DNA from: Gekko japonicus
Taxonomy: Eukaryota
Assembly: GCF_001447785.1 (NCBI RefSeq)
Contig: NW_015173122.1
Span: 755,541-819,540, forward strand
DNA length: 64,000 nt
Reading direction: 5' to 3'
Shown here one piece after another: positions 49,343-59,300 of this stretch. Within the stretch, counting starts at the first letter, position 1. The number at the start of each line of letters is the position of its first letter. The notes beneath the pieces were generated by a model. The model had not been told where the DNA came from. It made no database searches and saw only the letters and a program-made list of their open reading frames with translations. The position numbers were made by a program, and so were the translations under genes.

Positions 49343-50084
49343 CTCTAAGGTGTTCAGACTTCAGAGGCAAAGCTTAGGGGGAGGGCAAAATGAAAGCAAA
49401 GCCCAGGGGCACCATAAAGACCAACAGTCATATGAGTGTTGCTAAGCAACAGCGCACTTGACTCATGAAAGCTTGCACTGGGATCAATGTGTCCTTAAGG
49501 CGCCCCTGGGCCTTGGTTTTCTTTTGGCCCCCTTGGCAACAGGTGCAGTTATGGAATGCTTGTTCCATTCCTTGTAGCGGGAGAGGGCAGGAATAAGGGT
49601 TGCCAACCTCCAGGTGAGAACATGTCATGAAGACGGACGAGATGCATTTTGCTAAACACTTTATCGGACACATTGCACAAGTGCTGTTGTGCTATTGAAG
49701 CCTTCTGAATATTGCTCTTGGTATCTATGGAATGATGTTACTGCTCCTGTTATGTAAGGGACATTAAACTTAATGAGATATTGTTACGTCTCAATATACT
49801 TCTCGCTAAATGTAATCACTGGGTTTTGCTTTGCTTTACTATTTTCACTTCCGTGAGTCTCTTTTTGCCTTAACCTCCAGGTGAGGCCTGGAGATCTCCT
49901 GGAATTGCAACTGATCTCTGGGCAAAAGAGAGCAGTTTCCCTGGAGAAAATAGCAGTTTAGTGGGCAAAATCTATAGTATTCTAGGTGAAATCCCTCCCC
50001 AAATCACCTCCTCTACGGGCAACACCCCCCAGATCTCCAGGAATTTTCCAGGCTGGAGTTGGCAACGCTGGCAGGAACACATAG

Positions 50085-50258
50085 TATTATGGGGGGGCGG
50101 GCGAAAGTCAGTTCGGAGAGGAAAGAAGAGAAGTGAAAGTCGCCCTTTGCCACCGTTTCCCGCTCCCCAAAGCTCCGGCCTCTCCTCTTCGCCGAGCCTC
50201 TGATTCGGAGCCAGCCGGGGCGGAGCCGCCTGAGCTGGGCTGACGCAGCGGCCGGGCC
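50085..50258 (+). promoter_or_regulatory. RILP GC-rich promoter / 5' UTR
   Basis: CpG-rich. GC boxes near 50095 and 50218; TGACGCA at 50241-50247; AGAAGTGAAAGT at 50129-50140. Confidence 0.65.
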
Positions 50259-50336
50259 ATGGAAGAGCCGGGGACAAAGCCGCCGAGCGCTCCTCGCCAG
50301 CTGGCCCTGGAGAAGGTGTACCGGCTGGCCGGGGCG
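50259..50336 (+). CDS. RILP: RILP exon 1 (visible part; the rest is in the N-gap 50337-50879)
   Basis: Kozak context gccATGG; MEEPGTKPPSAPRQLALEKVYRLAGA resembles the RILP RH1 start (VYHLAGA in human, as recalled). Confidence 0.85.
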
Positions 50337-53300
50337 NNNNNNNNNNNNNNNNNNNNNNNNNNNNNNNNNNNNNNNNNNNNNNNNNNNNNNNNNNNNNNNN
50401 NNNNNNNNNNNNNNNNNNNNNNNNNNNNNNNNNNNNNNNNNNNNNNNNNNNNNNNNNNNNNNNNNNNNNNNNNNNNNNNNNNNNNNNNNNNNNNNNNNNN
50501 NNNNNNNNNNNNNNNNNNNNNNNNNNNNNNNNNNNNNNNNNNNNNNNNNNNNNNNNNNNNNNNNNNNNNNNNNNNNNNNNNNNNNNNNNNNNNNNNNNNN
50601 NNNNNNNNNNNNNNNNNNNNNNNNNNNNNNNNNNNNNNNNNNNNNNNNNNNNNNNNNNNNNNNNNNNNNNNNNNNNNNNNNNNNNNNNNNNNNNNNNNNN
50701 NNNNNNNNNNNNNNNNNNNNNNNNNNNNNNNNNNNNNNNNNNNNNNNNNNNNNNNNNNNNNNNNNNNNNNNNNNNNNNNNNNNNNNNNNNNNNNNNNNNN
50801 NNNNNNNNNNNNNNNNNNNNNNNNNNNNNNNNNNNNNNNNNNNNNNNNNNNNNNNNNNNNNNNNNNNNNNNNNNNNNNNCCCGTCCCGTCTAGGGGCCAC
50901 TCACACCGTGTAGGCCTCCTCGATCGAGGTGGGCAGCCGCGTTAGTCTGTCTGTAGCGGCAGTTAGTCTGTCTGTAGTTAGTCTGTCTGTAGTTAGTCTG
51001 TCTGGAGCTGCGGTGGCTCAAGTGGTTCAGACGCTGAACTGGAGGCTGTGGAAGGTTGGTAGTTCAGCAGTTCGAGACCCGGGTGCCGCATGACGGAGTG
51101 AGCTCCCGTCTCTAGTTCCAGCTCCTGCGAACCTAGCAGTTCAAAAGCAAGAAATTGCAAGTAGATAAATAGGCACCACTTCGGTGGGAAGGTAACAGCG
51201 TTCCGTGCGCCTTGGTGTTTAGTCATGCCGGCCACATGACCACGGAAACGTCTTCGGACAGTACTGGATCTTCGGCTTGGAAACGGAGATGAGCACCGCA
51301 ACCCTAGAGTCGGATTCGACTGGCTTTTGAGCAAGGGAACCTTTACCTTTACCGGCAGAGAAAAGCAAGAGTCCAGGAGCGCCCTAAAGACTTACAGAAT
51401 ATTGTGGCAGTATGAAGCAGTGACTAACGGAAGCTCGTACCCTACCACTGATTTGGTTAGTCTTTAAGGTGCTACTGGACTCTTTCTCTTTTTCTACTGT
51501 GTAGGCCTGACCTGGATAACCCAGGGTAGGCCAAAGCTAAGCTGGGACAGCCATGGTTAGTATTTTGATGGGCGATCACCAAGGGTGTCCAGGGTTGCGA
51601 TCAATGTTCCCTCTAAGCTGAGTTTGTGTGAGCTAGCTCATAGTTTTTTAGCCTCCGGCTCACACATTTTTGTCTTAGCTCAGGAAGGAGGGCTCCAGAG
51701 CCAACTCATTTATGCAGCAGCCAAATCCCTTGCTCACAACTTTAACACCTGTAGCTCACAAAGCAGAATTTTTGTTCACAAGACTCCACAGCTTAGAGGG
51801 AACATTGGTCGCGATGCCAGATATCTCTGAACGTCTCTTGCCCCCAAAACCCTACAGGGTCGCCATCAGCCAGCTGCAGATTGATGGCCCTTTCCACCAC
51901 ACTGTGTAACTCCTCCAGCCTGGGAATGTCTCTCTTCACCTCTCCATCAAATGGGTGTGTGTGTCTTCCAACATGCATTGTCATGTGATATGGGGAAGGT
52001 AGTGCACGCATCGATGCATGTATCTCTGGAAGGTGTCATGTGCCCCTCAATAGAATGGAGAGGGGGTGCATGTATGACGCTATGCACTTGGTAGGGCAGC
52101 GCAGTGGAGTGCTGGGACAGGCAGTTTTTCCAAGGCTTCTGCTGGCCGGATTCCCAGGGAAAGGACTTTGTGCCTATTTAATTCCCCTCTCCCCCCAACC
52201 CCAACCCCCAAATAGACATGAACCTGCCTTATACTGAATCAGACTGTGGGTCCATCCAAGTCAGTATTGTCTGTTCAGACTGGCAGTAGCTCTCCAGGGT
52301 CTCAGGCGCAGGTCTTTGAGAGCCAGTTTGGTGTAGCGGTTAAGTGTGCGGACTCTAATCTGGGAGAACGGGGTTTGATTCCCCACTTCTCCACATGCAG
52401 CTGCCGGTGTGACCTTGGGTCAGTCACAAGTTCTCTCAGCTGTTCTCTCACGAGGAGTTCTCAAAAGAGCTCTCTCAGCCCCACCTACCTCACAGGGTCT
52501 GTGTTGTGGGGAAGGGAAAGGAGATTGTAAGCCGCTCTGAGACTCCTTCGGGTAGCGAAGGGCGGGGCATAAACCCAATCTCCTCTTCTTCTTTGACATC
52601 ACCTGTTACCCAGTCCTTTTAACTGAGTGTGCTGGCGGGATTGAATTGCACGCAGATGCTCTACCACGGAGCCACTGGCCCCTCCAAGACTTGACTTGGC
52701 CCATCAGCTGCTTCTGCTGTCCTCCTCTGCCCTGTCAACTTGATGCCCCTGCTGTGAAAAGCGAAGGCCTGGCTGGAGGGGAATGCGCAGGACCACTCTG
52801 ACCTCGTTGCTTCCTCTTCCCGCAGGATGGGGAGCAGACCCTCTCGGAAGGCCAGAAGAGAGAGCACCTGATGCAGGTGCGCCTGGCCCAGGTGGAAGAG
52901 GAGAACCAGAAGCTCTTGGCCCAGCTGGCTGGTGGACAGTCCCAGGCAGGTGAGAGAGGCTGGGCTGATTTCTTGAGGAAATGTGCATGCCCACCCTAGA
53001 ACCAGGACTGTAGCTAGGCAGGGGCAATGCCCCCTCCTGAATTTGTGATGCCCCCACCTTGGAAGTATGGCAGACCCACTCACACACACACACCCCGGGC
53101 AGCCACCTTCTTCTCCAGTGGCCCGCCTGGTCCCTTGGAACAACACTGCTTGACCGTTCATGCTGGTAGGAACGTCCTGTTCATGGCAAATGCCCAGTTT
53201 TTAATTAAAAAAAAAAGGAAAACAAGCCCCAAAGGCGAGGAGGGGTATGTGTGTTCACGGGAGGGCGCTCAGTATTTCCCCACCTGCTGTTATTCCCCCT

Positions 53301-56300
53301 CGGAGGACCTTTCTCCTTCCTCGTCCTGGTCTTCTGATACTCACGACAGCCCCCTGCATGGGGCCCTTTCTCCAGTTCTTCTATTTTTATTTATTTTATT
53401 AACCTTGTGACCTCAGAAGTGATGTCATTCCCCCCACTGAAAATCGTCCAGCTACGGGGCTACTAGACCTTTTCAGGGTGGCCCATCAGGTGAAAATATA
53501 CGGTGTTGGTCTGTAGTGTGAGAACTGGATCCGTGGTTGGTAGTCAGATTCCTTTTGAACCACTTGTGCGGTGGTTGGGCCCCCTTTTGAGGCATCTCTT
53601 AGAGGAAGAGGCCATTCCATCCCAAAATGCCAAGTCTGCGTTGCATGGCCTTCTGTTGGGTGTTACAAGTTAAAACACTTTTCAGTATTTACTGGGTTAA
53701 TGATGTTTGTTAAGTCACATGTTTGTTTGTATCCAATCTGTTTTGGACAGTTAGAAAGCCCGGGAAGTTCAGATCTAGTTTGTTGTTCTGATTGGAGACC
53801 AAAGTGCCAAGTATGAGCATTTTATGGCTTCTCTTCCCGTCTTGTGGTTCTTTGTTCTGACCAAGAAGAAGAAGCCTCTCCTTCTGCCATTTTCAGTCTA
53901 GCTGTAAGGATGTAGGCATATAAGCACTTTGTTATTTTACATCCCATGTACCTTTTCCCCATGCTAAGTTGTAGTAAACTTTTATTCTTTTAAACACACC
54001 ATGGACTCTGCCTCTTTAATACTCTGCTGATTTACTTTAAAATTAAGAATACCTAACACCTTCGGAGCTGCGGTGGCTCAAGTGGTTAAGACGCTGAACT
54101 GCAGGCTATGGAAGGTCAGTAGTTCAGGAGTTCGAGACCCGGGTGCCACACGACGGAGTGAGCTCCCGTCTCTAGTTCCAGCTCCTGCCAACCTAGCAGT
54201 TCGAAAGCAAGAAATTGCAAGTAGATAAATAGGGACCACTTCGTTGGGAAGGTAACAGCGTTCCGTGTGCCTTGGTGTTTAGTCATGCCGGCCACATGAC
54301 CACGGAAACGTCTTCGGACAGCGCTGGCTCTTCAGCTTTGAAACGGGGATGAGCACCGCAACCCTAGAGTCGGATTCGACTGGCTTTCGAGCAAGGGAAC
54401 CTTTACCTTTTAACACCTTCCAGGGGAGGTCTCCTTGGCTTTTGCTCATAAACTATCTTGTCGGGGAAAAGAGGAACCAGACTGGAAGGGGGTCTTCTCT
54501 GGCTGGGAAATGTGACTTCATCATTGTGCGGACTGTGGTTGCACAAATGTTGCTGTTGGGTAGTGCCCGTTGACCACCCTGGGAAGCCACGGCGTGTGTC
54601 TCTTGCATGCCGTTTTCAGAGTCCCTTTTGTGCGGCTTCTCCTTTGGTGCAGCGTATGTGCTGGGTTTTTGCTGTGCTTTTGCAGGCCCTAAAATGGTGA
54701 GAAGTCGTAACGCACCAGCAGGGCTGTCTCACCCTTGCCCCAGGGCCTGTCAGTCTTGCGAGCTGCGTTTTTGCTTCGTCGCTACTGGAGCGCCATGTCT
54801 CGCGCCTTGATCTTTTAAAGAAGGAAATTGGTTGGCTCAGTGACAGGTAGTTCTTGTTGTTCAGCACACAGGCACACGTGGGGTGCCAGTAAAGTGACTT
54901 TCTTGACTAGGTGTGGGCAGCAGGCAGCAGGTCTTCTAGGGCAACCTGTTCCCACAGGCAAAATGTCCTGATGTCATCATCTGAAATTTAATTAGCACGT
55001 CGACATGCATGTTCTGACCTGGATGGCCCACGCTGGTCTGATACGGTCAGATCTCGGAAACTAAGCAGGGTTGGCCCTGGTTAGTCCTTGGATGGGAGAC
55101 CTCCCAGGAAGTCCAGGGCTGTTATGCAGAGGCGGGCCATAGCAACCGACCCCTGTTCGTCTCAGCTGCAACTTGATAACGCTCTCCATCACCCTCCTGG
55201 CACAGACTGAAGTCATTATTCGGACAGTTAGGTTGAGTGTAGCAGACAAAAATACAGCAAATGACTTATTACACAGTGTATCAGTAAGCAATTAAAGGCA
55301 TAATACTTACCTATAAAACGAAAGTAATGTATACGGCAGCCTACTGAACTGGCATGTCTACTGTCACTGATCATATGACACAAGTGAATATTACATGAAA
55401 AGCCACTGGGCCAAACGCGTTTCTGCCCCAAGGGCCTTCTTCGGTGGCCTCAAACCGTGTGGTGCGCACGTGAAACATAAAATATCGTTTAAGGGCCAGG
55501 CAGGTTTGGACTGAATCCTGAAAAAAGTAAAGAGTTGTTTGGACAGCGCCAAGGGGGAAAGTGGCTGAAGAGAACAGGAGGAGCCCGCGATGGGGGCAAG
55601 GGGGCGGGTGACGGAGGGCCCCCGTGGAGCTGCTGGAATCATAGAATCATAGCGTTCGAAGGGGCCATACAGACCATCTAGTCCAACCCGCTGCCCAGTG
55701 CAGGACCAGCCCAAAGCATCTCAGACAAATATTCGTCCGGCGGCTTCTTGAAAGCTGCCAGTGAAGGGGAGCCAACCACCTCCCTAGGCAGCTGATTCCA
55801 CCTTTGAGCCACTCTGGCCGTGAAAAAGTTTCTCCTAATATCCAGCCGATACCTTTCTGCATGTAATTTAAACCCGTTGCTTCGGGTCCTGTCCTCTGCT
55901 GCCGACTGGAACGGCTCCTTGCCCTCCTCCAAATGACAGCCTTTCAGATATTTAAAGAGAACAATCATGTCAGCCCCGTAGCTAGGGAATATTGGGGGAG
56001 GGGGCTTCAGGGGGGGGCCCTGTCCGCTAATTAAATGGAAGTACAGTGCAGGTGGTAAGTTGGAGCACTTTGGAGGCAGCCCGGGAGGGAGGAAGCCCAG
56101 AAGAAACAATAGGGGGCCAGGCCCCATGGGCCCCATGTTAGCTACGGGCCAGAATCAAGTCCTGGCTTGAGGCCGGGGGCTGCTTGTGCGAGGCTCTCCC
56201 CCGTTTGGTTTCAGACAGGACCACGCGCCAAGAGAGGGAGGTGATGCTGCGACTCAAGGAGGTGGTGGACCAACAGCGGGACGAGATCCGCGCTCAGGCC

Positions 56301-59300
56301 CACGAGATCCTCAGCAAGAGCCGTGACGTGGAGGCGGTGAGGCGGTGCGGGGGTGGCCGGCGGGGGGTGGGGGGGGATGGCTGTGGCCCAGGCGGCCTGC
56401 GCGTGGTACTGAGTGTGGGGCTTTGGGCCTGGCTTCTTAGTTGCAGGAGCAGCTCAGCCGCTTCATGGCTGTGAACGAGGAGCTGCGTCACAAGCTGGCC
56501 ATTGTTCAGGCGCAGTTGAAGAAGGCCCTGGAGGAGAAGGAGGGCCTGGAGAATGCCCTCTTGGAGACCAGCCGGGAAGGCAACAGGCTGAACAAGGTTC
56601 GAGGGGGAAGAGAGCCCTCCAGACCAGGCACGGTAAGGTGTCCACCCCTTCCTTTCTTTCAGTTTCCCTCGAGGGGTGGACCGTCTCTGTGCCATCACAG
56701 GTGCTCTGTGGCACAAAGATTCCAAGCGTTCGGTGGCTACAATCTGGGGCTTTAGCACTTGGCACACTAAATGTCTTGTGCTGGGCATACAGTTCCTGGA
56801 CTTTATGGCTGCAAGTGACATGGCAGCGCCCGGCAGGATCTCACACGCAAGTGGGCTTCTTTGTTGGGTCGGAGGTGGGAGGTGTTTGGGAACGCTGCTG
56901 CAGCGGGCCTCTTCCCTCCTTTCGCAAAAACAATTTGCATCTGTGCAATTCAGAGCTCGCCTGAAGCCTTCAGTGGCCCAGGCCTGGATGTCTGCAGAGG
57001 CCTCGTGTGAGGCTGGGCTGGCAGTGTGAGCCACCTTGGATCTCTTCTCTCCCCATCTTTCCCAGGACCAGGGTGTAGCAGCAGCAGCAGCAGCCCCACC
57101 TAGTGAGGAGCCCCCTTGCAGACACCAAGGAGGGAGATGCTTCTCCAAGGAAGAGCTTCAGCAGATCCTTCAAGAGCGCAATGAGCTCAAGACCAGCCTG
57201 TTCTTGGTGCGAGAGGAGCTGGCCTATTACCAGCGGTCAGTCAGGACAGAGAAAGGCAGTAGTGAGCAGTGGGTATGTGGGGCGGGGCATGATCTAGTTG
57301 GGATCCCTATACCTGGCTGTGACTCGCAGGTGGATTTCAGAGGAGACTGATGGAGCAGGCCTTCGGATCTAAAACGTCTTGGGGGGGCAGCTAGGGCCGT
57401 TCTCCTCACAAATCCCTTGGATTCTAGGCCATTCCAGGGATGCAGAGCAGGGCTGTATTGGTTCTATGGGAGAAAGGGGAAATAACATAAACAAATGTGA
57501 GTCCCGTGGCACCTTTAAGACCTTCAAAGTGTAATTCTGGGTATAAGCTTTTGTGTGCATGCACACATCTCCTGAAGTGTTTAAGAACATAAGAGATGCA
57601 GGGCTCTTTTTGTAGAAAAAGCCTAGCAGGAATTCATTAGCATAATAGGCCACACCCCTGATTGCACCACTCATTAGCATATTAGGCCACACACCCCACA
57701 TTACCCGAAGTGTGCTCATTCAGCCATACCGACCTTTTGCTTCTTATTCTGTTTACCTTGTTTGTTGTCAACACCTGGGGCTTTTTTTGTAGCAGGAACT
57801 CCTTTTCGTGTTAGGCCACACACCCCTAACGTAGCCAATCCTAATGAGTTTCTACTGCTGGGTGTGGCCTGTTATGCTAATGAGTTCCTGCTGGGTGTGG
57901 CCAACTTGGGAGCCAGCCGGAACTCCGTCCCTGTGCGTTCCTGCCCAAAAATAGCCCTGGAGATGCCAATGTTGGGTCAGGCCAAAGGCCCGTCCAGTCC
58001 AACACCCTGTGTCACACAGTGGCCAGAAATACCAGGTGCCATCAGGAGGTCCACCAGTGGGGCCAGGACATTAGAAGCCCTCCCACTGTTGACCCCCCCC
58101 CCCAAGCATCAAGAAGACAGACCATCACTTGCCCCAGAGTTCCTATCTATACCTTGTGGCTAATAGCCACTGATGGACCTCTGCTCCAGATGCTTATCTA
58201 ATTCCCTCTTGAAGCCGTCCATGCTTGTAGCCACCACCACTTCCTGTGGCAGTGAATTCCATGTGCTAATCACTCTTTGGGTGAAGAAGTACTTCCTTTT
58301 ATCCGTTCTAACCCGACTGCTCCGCAATTTCATTGAGTGCCCACGAGTTCTTAAGATATGTGCATGCGCACGAAAGCTTATGCCCAGAATTACACTTTGT
58401 TGGTCTTAAAGGTGCCACGGGACTCAATTCCCCCCCCCCCCCCTGTTGCCTCAGACCCACCTGAATAAATAAATATGCCCCTGTTGGAACTATTCAAGGG
58501 TCAATCAAGCGCCCTCTCTGGCCTTCAGCCAAACCAGGAACGCCAAAATTTCCTCTGCCCAAACTCTCTTCAGACAAAACGGATTGTGGAAGTGTGCTCC
58601 ACTTTAGAGAAAGACCTTTGTCCCCGTCTTTGCCAAACAGGAGACTTGCCCATCCAGCTATTGCCAGGATGCAACTTGACCCACCGGTTCAAGGTGGGGT
58701 TTCAGTTTCCTTTTACAATCCTTATTTGCCGACAAGCCCGCTGGGTCAAAAGTCCTTTTCAGCAGGTGTCTCCCTGCCTCGGATAAAGGCGTGGATGGTT
58801 AGGCAGTCAGAACCAGAACCAGTGAATTCTGGGAGCCTCCTTGAGTAAGTAGCTTGCCAGTACGGGGACCACTGGACCAAAGGTATTAAAAACCAAGAGG
58901 GGGCTGGTTGGAATACTTCTCTCCGGCTGCAGGGTGGTTCTCTCCAGGGGTCATTTCGTAGAAAAAGAGGTGCAGGAGCTCATTAGCATAACTCATTAGC
59001 ATAACGTATTTGCATATGCCACCCCCCCTGACATCACCGGAAGTGTGTCAGAAGGCAACACCCACCGCTCAGGCTCCACTGGACTGTTTTGGATTGCTAG
59101 CTATTGGGGGGGGGGACTTGCAGATCTGTCCTCGCAGAGGGGGGAGAGCTTGTACCTGAATAAAACTTGGTCTTAAAGGTGCCACTGGACTGTTTTGGAC
59201 CGGGGGGGCCTCTGCAATTTACCTGGCTGCTTCTTGCTCTGACTGAGGGCTGCTGGGAGCAGGGGGTGGGGCTTGTTGCATGTGCCTGTGCCCTGGGCTC

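Noticed and set aside
50013-50945. Long ORFs across 50337-50879
   Set aside because: Their length is an artefact of the N-gap; only 50259-50336 is supported as coding.
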